A DNA stretch of 64,000 nt from assembly GCA_017430965.1 (NCBI GenBank), contig JAFRLX010000123.1, positions 8,583-72,582 on the forward strand. The letters are read 5' to 3'. The translations under genes were made by a program, and so were the position numbers. Of this stretch, positions 56,108-64,000 are shown in pieces (position 1 is the first letter of the stretch; each line of letters begins with the position of its first letter). The notes beneath the pieces are model-generated. The model was given only the letters and a program-made list of their open reading frames with translations. It was not told the origin of the DNA and ran no database searches. This DNA is from Clostridia bacterium. GTDB lineage: Bacteria > Bacillota > Clostridia > Oscillospirales > Acutalibacteraceae.

Positions 56108-57898
56108 GTGAAACGAAGCGAATTGGACCCGAAATATTTGTGGAATACGGAATTAATCTATCCGAACATGGAAGCGTTTGAAAAGGATTTTCAGGCAGCA
56201 AAGCAACAGATAAAAGCCTTGGCGGCAAGCGAAGAAACTATGCTCGACAGTGCTCAAAGTTTGTACCAAACCTTAGAGCTTTACACACACTGTGAGCTGC
56301 TGATTACCAAGCTTTATGAATATGCACACTTGAACTCCGATACCGATACGGCAAATAATGAGTTTTTGGCGTTAAGCGGAAAGTGCGAAAACCTGTTTCA
56401 TGAAATGGGCGCCGCCGCTTACTTCATTTCTCCAAAGCTGATTGCGCTTGAAGAAACCAAACTGCAGCAGTGGTACCGCGCGTATCCGGCGTTAGAGGCT
56501 TACCGCAGGAATATTGAGTGTGAGAGGCGCTATCAGCCGCATTTGCTTGATGAAAACGGTGAAAAGCTTTTGGCGCAACTGCAGATGTGCCTGAGCTCCC
56601 ATGAAGGGACCAGAGATGTGTTTTCTTATGCGGGTGTAACATTTGAAGACATCATCGATGAGAACGGGAAAAAAGCAGTTTTGACCGATTCCAATTACAT
56701 TCCGTTTATGTTTTCCAATAGTCGCGAGGTGCGCAAAGCGGCGTTTACCTCACTCTATAAAACCTATCAACAGTTTTCTAATACCTATGCGGCATTGCTC
56801 AACGGCTATGTCAAGGAAAAGACAACGCTTGCCAAAGTGCGCAATTTTCCTTCGAGTTTGGAAGCGAGCGTGTTTTCGGATGAAGTGCCTGCAGGCATTT
56901 ACTCTAATTTGATAGACAGTGTCAATCAACATTTGCAGGTGATTTACGATTATTATGCACTCAAAAAAGATGTTCTTGGCTTAGAAGAAATGCATATGTA
57001 TGATGTGTATGCGCCGTTAGTAGGGGAAATAGAGGAAACCTACAGCTACGAGCAAGCGGTTGATTTGGTGCTGGATACCGTGAAGGTGTTCGGTGAGGAA
57101 TATGTCGGAATTTTAGAGGATGGTATCAAACATAAGCGCTGGGTCGATGTGTTTCCGACCGAGAATAAAAAAGGCGGGGCATACAGTGCGGGGTGCTACG
57201 GTGTGCAGCCATACATTCTCTTAAATCACAACAACACCCTCAATGATGTTTCTACTCTCGCTCACGAGGCGGGGCATTCCATGCACACCTATTTTTCAAA
57301 TCGTGCCAATACACCGCAGCAGGCGTCTTATACCATTTTTGTGGCGGAGGTCGCTTCAACGGTCAATGAACTGTTGCTGGCGCACAAAATGCTTAAAGAG
57401 AGCACAAATCCAACTCAAAAGAAGTATATCCTGAATGAATTGATTGAAACTTATAAAGGCACACTGTTTCGCCAAACCATGTTTGCCGAGTTTGAAAAGA
57501 GCATCCATTCCATGGTTGAGGCGGGGGAAGTTTTGACAGCAGATTTGCTCAGTCAAGCATACTATCGCTTAAATCAAAAATACTTTGGAGAAGGCGTTGT
57601 TTGCGATGAACAAATTCGCTATGAATGGGAGCGTATACCGCATTTTTACTACAATTTCTACGTTTATAAATATGCCACTTGCATCTCGGCGGCTTCCGCG
57701 ATTGTCAAACGCATTGAGAACGAGGGCGAAAAGTATGTTCAAAAGTATCTGAAATTCCTGTCCTGCGGCGGCTCCAAGAGCCCTTTAGATTCGCTAAAAG
57801 AGGCGGAAATCGATATGAGTTCACCCGCCGTTGTGGAGGCTGCAATTGAAGATTTTAAGAGTGTGATCGAGCAGTTTTCTCAGTTAAATAAGCAATAG
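56108..57898 (+). CDS. pepF: Oligoendopeptidase F (M3B metallopeptidase)
   Basis: 596 aa with the HEXXH zinc motif (LAHEAGHSMH). GTG start lies 8 nt after AAGGAG. Confidence 0.92.
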   Translation: MKRSELDPKYLWNTELIYPNMEAFEKDFQAAKQQIKALAASEETMLDSAQSLYQTLELYTHCELLITKLYEYAHLNSDTDTANNEFLALSGKCENLFHEMGAAAYFISPKLIALEETKLQQWYRAYPALEAYRRNIECERRYQPHLLDENGEKLLAQLQMCLSSHEGTRDVFSYAGVTFEDIIDENGKKAVLTDSNYIPFMFSNSREVRKAAFTSLYKTYQQFSNTYAALLNGYVKEKTTLAKVRNFPSSLEASVFSDEVPAGIYSNLIDSVNQHLQVIYDYYALKKDVLGLEEMHMYDVYAPLVGEIEETYSYEQAVDLVLDTVKVFGEEYVGILEDGIKHKRWVDVFPTENKKGGAYSAGCYGVQPYILLNHNNTLNDVSTLAHEAGHSMHTYFSNRANTPQQASYTIFVAEVASTVNELLLAHKMLKESTNPTQKKYILNELIETYKGTLFRQTMFAEFEKSIHSMVEAGEVLTADLLSQAYYRLNQKYFGEGVVCDEQIRYEWERIPHFYYNFYVYKYATCISAASAIVKRIENEGEKYVQKYLKFLSCGGSKSPLDSLKEAEIDMSSPAVVEAAIEDFKSVIEQFSQLNKQ

Positions 57899-57933
57899 AA
57901 TTAGCGATTTCGGTTAATGAAAGGAGCAAAAAA

Positions 57934-58644
57934 ATGTTGACTTTGCAGCAAATCATTGATGAAAGTAATAACATCGTTTTTTTCGGCGGTGCCGGCGTTT
58001 CGACAGAAAGCGGCATACCGGATTTTCGCAGTGTGGACGGACTTTATAACCAACAATACAAATATCCGCCCGAGCAGATTATTTCTCATTCTTTCTTTAT
58101 GCGCTATCCCGATGAGTTTTACCGCTTTTACAAGGACAAAATGCTCATTTTGGATGCCGAGCCGAATGCGGCTCACCTTGCGCTTGCGGGGCTGGAAAAA
58201 GCGGGTAAGCTTTCGGCGGTTATCACGCAGAATATTGACGGCTTGCACCAAAAAGCAGGCTCCGAAAAGGTGTTTGAACTGCATGGCAGCGTGTTGCGCA
58301 ATTACTGCATGAAATGCGGAAAATTCTATGATGCCGCCTACATAAAAGAGAGTGACGGTATACCGAAATGTACTTGCGGAGGTACGATAAAACCCGATGT
58401 TGTCCTATATGAAGAGGGGCTTGACGATGCTGTCATAAACGGCGCTGTTAAAGCATTGATGAGTGCTGACACACTGATTGTTGCCGGTACTTCTTTGGTC
58501 GTTTATCCGGCGGCGGGACTGATTCGTTACTTCAGAGGAAAGCACTTGGTGCTGATTAATTTAAGCCGGACAGATGCCGATGGTTCAGCCGAGCTTGTAA
58601 TTCGCGAAAAAGTGGGAAAAGTGCTGGGCGAAATAAAATACTAA
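57934..58644 (+). CDS. cobB: NAD-dependent protein deacylase (Sir2 family)
   Basis: 236 aa with GAGVSTESGIPDFRS, QNIDGLH, Zn ribbon CxxC...CxC and GTSLVVYPA. Confidence 0.92.
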   Translation: MLTLQQIIDESNNIVFFGGAGVSTESGIPDFRSVDGLYNQQYKYPPEQIISHSFFMRYPDEFYRFYKDKMLILDAEPNAAHLALAGLEKAGKLSAVITQNIDGLHQKAGSEKVFELHGSVLRNYCMKCGKFYDAAYIKESDGIPKCTCGGTIKPDVVLYEEGLDDAVINGAVKALMSADTLIVAGTSLVVYPAAGLIRYFRGKHLVLINLSRTDADGSAELVIREKVGKVLGEIKY

Positions 58645-58650
58645 AAACTG

Positions 58651-58679
58651 TTGACAAATAGGAATACAAGGTATATTAT
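58651..58679 (+). promoter_or_regulatory. Sigma-A promoter driving the M-box leader
   Basis: TTGACA, 17 nt, TATTAT, about 15 nt upstream of the aptamer. Confidence 0.6.
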
Positions 58680-58689
58680 TGTTGTACAA

Positions 58690-58930
58690 TTTCATATCCG
58701 TTAGGTGAGGTAACCACAGGGATAATCAATATTTGAATTGATATTATACTTTTAAAGTTAATGGGTTGCTGCCGCGAAAATGTGGAGACACATTCAGATG
58801 GTTAGCAGACTATGTCGAAAAACAAGGCATAATCTAATGCAACTTCACTGCCCTGCGATGCCAAAGCTCATACGGTGGCAATGATTACAAACTGACTCTT
58901 TGTCGCCTTTGGGCTGCAAAGAGTTTTTTT
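58690..58930 (+). ncRNA. M-box (ykoK-type) Mg2+ riboswitch: aptamer plus intrinsic terminator
   Basis: Conserved blocks CGTTAGGTGAGG, GCTGCCGCGAAAATGT, AGACA, TGGTTAGCAG, CGAAAAACAAGG, TAATGCA and GCCAAAGCTCATACGG. The terminator CTCTTTG...CAAAGAG plus T7 lies at 58896-58930. Confidence 0.85.
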
Positions 58931-59082
58931 GGTCTTAAGCATAGCCATAAACCCCCGGTTCTACCGGGGGAATGAAAACGGCTTCAGCAACAAAAAAACC
59001 GGCGAGCAAAACGCAAGCCGAAAAGATAATAAGTTGTTTAAAATACTTTTCAAGTTCAGTATGATAAACAGAGAATAGAATA

Positions 59083-59202
59083 GTCATCTCGACCGAAGCG
59101 GAGAGATCTTGTTGTCATTCCGGCACTTGTAGATCGGGAAAATTTCATTGTTTTACCCACTTTCTTCTTTTCCACGGGATCCCTCGGCAAGCTCGGGATG
59201 AC
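59083..59202. repeat. Cluster of three related 25-26-nt REP-like units (two direct, one inverted) inside the mgtE leader
   Basis: GTCATCTCGACCGAAGCGGAGAGATC (59083-59108), GTCATTCCGGCACTTGTAGATCGGGA (59114-59139), and the reverse complement of GTCATCCCGAGCTTGCCGAGGGATC (59178-59202). Confidence 0.5.
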
Positions 59203-59399
59203 ATAAAGAGAAATAATTAAAGTACAGAAGAGTGAAACGAGGCAAAAATAGACAGCCGCACGTGAGCGGCTACCTGAGGTAGTAATGCGATGTTAAGTTA
59301 TCAGTAGCCCCTTTTAGGGGCTCAGCCTGTAGGCGGTCTTATAGGGCCTGTGCAAACCACTAGTTTACTAGTGGTACTGATTTGGAAGGAGGAAATGCC

Positions 59400-60758
59400 A
59401 TGTTTGAAGAATTGGAACAAATGCTTGAACAAAAGCAGTTTAGTGAGCTCAAAAAAGAAATGAGCAAAATGGAACCGGCTGACATTGTTCTGTTTTTTGA
59501 AAGCCTCGACAGAGAGGATGCTGTACGCGCATTCCGCATCCTTCCGAAAGAATTGGCGGCTGATACCTTCGCCGACATGGACCGCGATATGCAGGAGGAT
59601 TTAATCGAAAGCTTCTCGGCAAGTGAGCTGAGCGAAGTGCTGGATGAAATGTATTTGGATGACACGGTCGATGTGATTGAAGAAATGCCCGCAAGCATTG
59701 TCAAAAGAATCATTTCTCATTTAGATCCCGAGGACCGCAAAACGGTCAATAAAATGCTGCGCTATCCCGAGGATAGTGCCGGCAGTATTATGACGCCGGA
59801 GTATGTTGCTCTCAAACCCTTTTTCACAGTGGATGATGCGCTCATGCGCATTCGCAGAACCGGTGTCGACAAAGAAACAATTTATACCTGCTATGTGACA
59901 AGTGATTCCAACATCCTCATGGGCGTTGTCACGGTCAAAGACATTTTGCTTTCCGAAGATGGTGCCCTTATCGGCGATATTATGGATAAGGACTTTATCA
60001 GCGTTGAAACCGGGGAAGACCAGGAAACGGTTGCCAAAATGTTTGATAAATATGACTTTCTTGCCTTGCCGGTAGTCGATAGGGAAAACCGCCTTGTCGG
60101 TATTGTCACGGTCGACGATGCAATGGATGTCATGCAGGAAGAAAATACCGAGGACTTTGAAAAAATGGCGGCAATGCTGCCTTCCGAAGACACCTATTTT
60201 AAAACCGGTGTGTTTAAGCATGCGCGCAATAGAATCCTTTGGTTAATCATTTTGATGATTTCCGGCACCTTTACGGGAATGATTATCGAAAAATATGAAA
60301 ATGCGTTTCATTTATTCCCGCTGCTTGTTTCCTTTGTGCCGATGCTCATGGACACAGGCGGTAACAGCGGCTCACAAACAAGCACGTTAATGATTCGCGG
60401 TATGGCGATTGATATTATCCATCCCAAGGATATTTTAAAAGTGTGGTTTAAAGAAATTCGCGTGGCGCTGATTGTCGGCATTTCCTTAGCACTGGTCAAT
60501 ACAGTGAGAATGTATCTGATATATTGGTCATCATATTCATTTAATGAAATCACTAAATATGCAATTTTGCTGGGGATTACCATTATTTTTGTGGTCTGTT
60601 TTGCAAAATCCCTCGGTTGCTGTTTGCCGCTATTGGCAAAATCCATTAAGTTAGACCCTGCGCTGATGGCTTCGCCGCTAATTACAACGATTACGGACTG
60701 CGCTACAGTTTTGATGTATTTTACTTTGGCGGTGAAAATTTTAAACATTCAAATGTGA
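59400..60758 (+). CDS. mgtE: Magnesium transporter MgtE
   Basis: N-domain, tandem CBS domains and a TM domain with PMLMDTGGNSGSQ. ATG 59400 lies 7 nt after AGGAGG. Confidence 0.94.
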   Translation: MFEELEQMLEQKQFSELKKEMSKMEPADIVLFFESLDREDAVRAFRILPKELAADTFADMDRDMQEDLIESFSASELSEVLDEMYLDDTVDVIEEMPASIVKRIISHLDPEDRKTVNKMLRYPEDSAGSIMTPEYVALKPFFTVDDALMRIRRTGVDKETIYTCYVTSDSNILMGVVTVKDILLSEDGALIGDIMDKDFISVETGEDQETVAKMFDKYDFLALPVVDRENRLVGIVTVDDAMDVMQEENTEDFEKMAAMLPSEDTYFKTGVFKHARNRILWLIILMISGTFTGMIIEKYENAFHLFPLLVSFVPMLMDTGGNSGSQTSTLMIRGMAIDIIHPKDILKVWFKEIRVALIVGISLALVNTVRMYLIYWSSYSFNEITKYAILLGITIIFVVCFAKSLGCCLPLLAKSIKLDPALMASPLITTITDCATVLMYFTLAVKILNIQM

Positions 60759-60762
60759 ACAG

Positions 60763-60792
60763 AAGGCTCAAGATTTCTTGAGCTTTCTTTAT
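60763..60792 (+). terminator. Terminator after mgtE
   Basis: GCTCAAG-attt-CTTGAGC followed by TTTCTTTATTT. Confidence 0.75.
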
Positions 60793-60807
60793 TTATAAAC
60801 TAAATTA

Positions 60808-60836
60808 TTGACTTTGTTATAGTAGTAATATATAAT
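60808..60836 (+). promoter_or_regulatory. Sigma-A promoter of the FAD-oxidoreductase operon
   Basis: TTGACT, 17 nt, TATAAT, 30 nt before ATG 60867. Confidence 0.6.
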
Positions 60837-60866
60837 AAAATTAATAATCTATCAGGAGGTAGAAAT

Positions 60867-62303
60867 ATGTCATACGATATTGCCATAATCGGTGCCGGCG
60901 TTGTCGGCTCTCTTATTGCGCGTAAAATGAGTAAATACGACATTAAGATTGCACTTGTTGAAAAATGCAACGATGTAGCGATGGGGACTTCCAAAGCAAA
61001 CAGCGCCATCGTTCATGCAGGTTTTGACGCGCTTCCCGGCTCATTAAAGGCTGAGTTAAATGTAAAGGGAACAAAATTAATGGGCTATCTCTGTGAGGAG
61101 CTGAGTGTGCCCTATAAAAACATCGGCTCTCTTGTTGTCGCTTTTAGCGAAGAAGAGATGCAAACGCTCCAAGAGCTCTTGGAGAGAGGCCTTGAAAACA
61201 ATGTTCCCGGTTTGAAAATTATCGGTCAAGAAAGGCTGCATGAGCTGGAGCCGAATGTCAGTAAGAGGGCGCTCGGCGCTTTATGGGCGAAAACCGCTTC
61301 AATAGTTTGCCCCTATGAATTGACTTTGGCTGCGGCAGAGGTGGCAGTGCTCAACGGCGTTGACCTGTACCGCAATTTTGCTGTCAATGATATTCAATTT
61401 GAAAACGAACTGTTTACAATTAAAGCGGAATCCGGCGAGCAGGTGGAAGCAAAATATGTCATTAATGCAGCCGGTATTTATTCGGATTATATTGCATCCC
61501 TTATCGGCGACAATTCCATTGAAATTGTTGCCAGAAAAGGTGAATATCTTTTAATGGATAAATCTCTCGGCGGCGTGGTCAACCATGTCATTTTCCAATG
61601 CCCGACCAAAATGGGTAAAGGTGTATTGGTGACCCCGACTGTTGACGGCAATATTTTAACCGGTCCCTCTGCAAAAGATATTGAGGGTAAGGATGATATC
61701 ACTACCACGACAGATGAATTGGATATGGTGAGAAAATATACCAGTTATTCGATTCCGAATGTTAAGCTCAATGCCGTTATAACTTCCTTTGCAGGTTTGC
61801 GTGCTCACAGCACCAAAGGTGATTTTATCATCGAACCCTCTAAAGCGAATCCGCACTTTATTAATGTGGCAGGTATCGAGTCACCCGGACTTTCGGCAGC
61901 ACCGGCGATTGCCGAGTATGTTCAAGACATTATGCTCGATGTCTGCGGTAAATTGCCGAAGAAGGTGAAGTGGCACAGGACTCGCCCCGAACCGGTAAGG
62001 TTTAGAGAATTATCTACCGTGGAGCGCAGAGAGCTTATAGAAAATGACCCCTCATTCGGTCAAATTGTGTGCCGTTGCGAAACGGTAACGGAGGGCGAAA
62101 TCATCGCAGCTTGCCACGGTCCGATTCCGGCGTGGGATATGGATGGTGTTAAGCGCAGAACCAGAGCCGGTATGGGCAGGTGCCAAAGCGGCTTCTGCGG
62201 CCCGAAGGTTGCCGAAATTATCGCAAGAGAGCGCAATAAAGATTTGCTGGATGTTACAAAGTTTGGCGACGATTCGAACATCGTTGTCGGTAAAACAAAG
62301 TGA
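60867..62303 (+). CDS. FAD-dependent oxidoreductase, glycerol-3-phosphate dehydrogenase/oxidase-like, with a C-terminal BFD-like [2Fe-2S] domain
   Basis: DIAIIGAGVVGSLIARKMS (FAD motif), then a C-terminal CRCETVTEGEI...RTRAGMGRCQSGFC. Confidence 0.86.
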   Translation: MSYDIAIIGAGVVGSLIARKMSKYDIKIALVEKCNDVAMGTSKANSAIVHAGFDALPGSLKAELNVKGTKLMGYLCEELSVPYKNIGSLVVAFSEEEMQTLQELLERGLENNVPGLKIIGQERLHELEPNVSKRALGALWAKTASIVCPYELTLAAAEVAVLNGVDLYRNFAVNDIQFENELFTIKAESGEQVEAKYVINAAGIYSDYIASLIGDNSIEIVARKGEYLLMDKSLGGVVNHVIFQCPTKMGKGVLVTPTVDGNILTGPSAKDIEGKDDITTTTDELDMVRKYTSYSIPNVKLNAVITSFAGLRAHSTKGDFIIEPSKANPHFINVAGIESPGLSAAPAIAEYVQDIMLDVCGKLPKKVKWHRTRPEPVRFRELSTVERRELIENDPSFGQIVCRCETVTEGEIIAACHGPIPAWDMDGVKRRTRAGMGRCQSGFCGPKVAEIIARERNKDLLDVTKFGDDSNIVVGKTK

Positions 62304-62314
62304 GGTGAGGATTG

Positions 62315-63574
62315 ATGTTGAAGTATGATTTAGTCGTCGTCGGCGGCGGCCCTGCCGGTATGGCAGCAGCTTTAAAAGCAAAAGAATGCGGAGTGGAAAA
62401 AATCCTCATTTGTGAAAGAGACGAAACCTTAGGCGGTATTTTGGAGCAATGTATTCACACAGGATTCGGGCTTCATTATTTCGGTGAAGAATTATCCGGC
62501 CCCGAATATGCCGCAAGGTTTATTGAACAGGTTGAAACATCCGATATTGATGTAAAAGTCAATACAATGGTGCTGGATATTACCACAAATAATGTTGTCA
62601 TTGCTATCAATAAGCAAGACGGCTTGATGGAAATTTCCGCAACTGCCATTGTCCTTGCCATGGGCTGTCGCGAGAGACCGAGAGGCGCTATTTCCATTCC
62701 CGGTACGCGCCCTGCAGGTGTGATGACAGCCGGTACCGCGCAGCGCTTTGCGAATATTGACGGCTACCTTCCCGGTAAAGAAGTTGTCATTCTCGGCTCC
62801 GGTGATATCGGCTTGATTATGGCAAGAAGAATGACTCTGGAAGGGGCAAAAGTGAAAGCAGTTTGTGAGTTAATGCCGTATTCCGGCGGTTTAACCAGAA
62901 ACATTGTCCAGTGCTTGGAAGATTTTGATATTCCGCTTAAGCTCTCCCACACCGTTACCGAGATTAGAGGTAAGGATAGGGTAGAGGGCGTTACGATTTC
63001 TAAGGTTGACAGCAGCTTGAAGCCCATTCCGGGCACGGAAGAATACATTCCTTGCGATACTTTGATGCTTTCTGTCGGTCTGCTTCCCGAAAACGAGCTT
63101 TCCCGTTCTGTGGGTATTCGCTTGGATAAAGTTACCGGCGGCGCCGTTGTTGACCAGTACAGAGAAACCAACCATGAAGGTATTTTTGCCTGCGGCAATG
63201 TGCTGCATGTTCACGATTTGGTTGACTTTGTTACACAGGAAGCCCAAACGGCAGGTGAAGGTGCGGCAAACTACATTCTCGGCAAAAAAGAGTATGCCGA
63301 TTATCGCGTTCACACCAAAGGCATTAACGGTGTGCGTTATGTGGTTCCGCAGAGAATCAGCATGGATGGCAGTGAAGAACCTGTTAAGCTTTATTTCAGA
63401 GTGGGTCAGGTATTCACCAATGCTACCGTGAAGGTTACCAGAAACGGTAATGTGATTTACGCTAAGAAAAAACGCAAATTAGCGCCCGGTGAAATGGAAA
63501 ACATTGTCATTAAGCCGGAAGACTTGCAAGAGTTTGCCGAAGGCGACTACTTATTTATTGAAGTGGAGGGTTAA
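62315..63574 (+). CDS. NAD(P)/FAD-dependent pyridine nucleotide-disulfide-type oxidoreductase
   Basis: DLVVVGGGPAGMAAA and VVILGSGDIGLIMA dinucleotide motifs. It is the conserved partner of the preceding gene. Confidence 0.85.
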   Translation: MLKYDLVVVGGGPAGMAAALKAKECGVEKILICERDETLGGILEQCIHTGFGLHYFGEELSGPEYAARFIEQVETSDIDVKVNTMVLDITTNNVVIAINKQDGLMEISATAIVLAMGCRERPRGAISIPGTRPAGVMTAGTAQRFANIDGYLPGKEVVILGSGDIGLIMARRMTLEGAKVKAVCELMPYSGGLTRNIVQCLEDFDIPLKLSHTVTEIRGKDRVEGVTISKVDSSLKPIPGTEEYIPCDTLMLSVGLLPENELSRSVGIRLDKVTGGAVVDQYRETNHEGIFACGNVLHVHDLVDFVTQEAQTAGEGAANYILGKKEYADYRVHTKGINGVRYVVPQRISMDGSEEPVKLYFRVGQVFTNATVKVTRNGNVIYAKKKRKLAPGEMENIVIKPEDLQEFAEGDYLFIEVEG

Positions 63575-63576
63575 AA

Positions 63577-63933
63577 ATGGAAGTTAGAGAATTGACTTGT
63601 GTTGCATGCCCCATGGGCTGCCAAATGACTGCTTCAATAGATAATGGAGTGGTTGTTTCCGTTACCGGTAACACTTGCCCGCGCGGCAAGAAATATGCCG
63701 AAACCGAGTGCACACATCCTGTCAGGCCGTTAACGACAACCGTGAAGGTGGAAGGCGGCAGGCATCCGGTTGTGCCGGTGAAATCCGCTGATGCAATTCC
63801 GAAAGAAAAAATGTTTGATTGCATGAAGGTTTTAAATGAAGTGAGTGTGAAAGCACCTGTTAAAATCGGCGATGTCATTGTCGAGGACATCTGCGGCACC
63901 GGTATTAATATTGTTGCAACCAATATTTGTTAA
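63577..63933 (+). CDS. DUF1667 domain-containing protein
   Basis: 118 aa. LTCVACPMGCQM...GNTCPRGKKY is the typical DUF1667 Cys pattern. It is the third member of the conserved trio. Confidence 0.85.
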   Translation: MEVRELTCVACPMGCQMTASIDNGVVVSVTGNTCPRGKKYAETECTHPVRPLTTTVKVEGGRHPVVPVKSADAIPKEKMFDCMKVLNEVSVKAPVKIGDVIVEDICGTGINIVATNIC

Positions 63934-63942
63934 AGTTTTTCC

Positions 63943-63976
63943 GACAAGCCTTTGAGGAATCCCTCAAAGGCTTGTC
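63943..63976 (+). terminator. 15-bp perfect hairpin after the DUF1667 gene (no clear U-tract)
   Basis: GACAAGCCTTTGAGG-aatc-CCTCAAAGGCTTGTC. Confidence 0.45.
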
Positions 63977-64000
63977 ACGATAGGATTATGATGAAAAGAA

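Noticed and set aside
58935-59087. A minus-strand 50-codon ORF (MTILFSVYHTELEKYFKQLIIFSACVLLAGFFVAEAVFIPPVEPGVYGYA) inside the mgtE leader. There is also a plus-strand 30-codon Lys-rich ORF starting at 58971.
   Set aside because: Neither has an acceptable RBS (spacing 0-1 nt). Both are built from hairpin or REP-like sequence, which commonly yields accidental ORFs. They are worth checking only if Ribo-seq is available.
1-64000. A search for CRISPR arrays, tRNA/rRNA genes, transposase/IS elements, toxin-antitoxin pairs and known defence-system hallmarks (reverse transcriptase, restriction-modification methylase motifs, cyclase/effector pairs).
   Set aside because: I recognised none by eye in any intergenic region or ORF translation. 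The only mobile-element trace is the recombinase fragment at 26942-27550.

Overview
The window is a 64-kb chromosomal segment from an anaerobic, endospore-forming Firmicute. Gene content points to class Clostridia, but I have not placed it taxonomically. It carries about 50 tightly packed protein genes and I could recognise no rRNA, tRNA or CRISPR array.

Most of the window is ordinary core genome:
- the 3' end of spoIVA, next to a thioredoxin / TlpA-like / CcdA thiol-disulfide trio, and ComM/YifB
- a phospho-sugar mutase, GH2 beta-galactosidase, a TIGR01212 radical-SAM protein and inorganic pyrophosphatase
- TrkH/TrkA, and dinB preceded by a perfect Cheo-type LexA box
- a SigH-like sigma factor, RmuC and a GH3 beta-glucosidase
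- a complete nine-gene V/A-type ATPase operon
- a two-gene NuoF/GltD-like plus [FeFe]-hydrogenase operon
- an acyl-CoA ligase-IorA-IorB-PaaK-ACT operon
- PepF, a sirtuin, and MgtE behind an M-box riboswitch
- a GlpA-like / FAD-oxidoreductase / DUF1667 trio

The accessory-looking parts are these:
- 22.3-32.2 kb holds two giant secreted enzymes, a Zn-ribbon membrane protein, and a decayed serine-recombinase fragment abutting a LuxR-type HTH ORF. The giants are a beta-helix protein with seven 47-aa Cys-containing repeats and a 1456-aa double metallophosphoesterase.
- 10.2-12.3 kb holds a DUF2975 / YozG-like HTH / unknown 445-aa protein module.
- 45-49.9 kb holds an AraC/GyrI regulator, an orphan TM/coiled-coil protein, a CotH-family protein with an (S/P)PXTG-type sorting signal, and a triplicated palindrome array.

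I found no recognisable defence system, intact mobile element or prophage. The findings below are sequence-level oddities and candidate modules of unknown function, not a demonstrated new system. All family assignments come from motif recognition by eye, with no database search.
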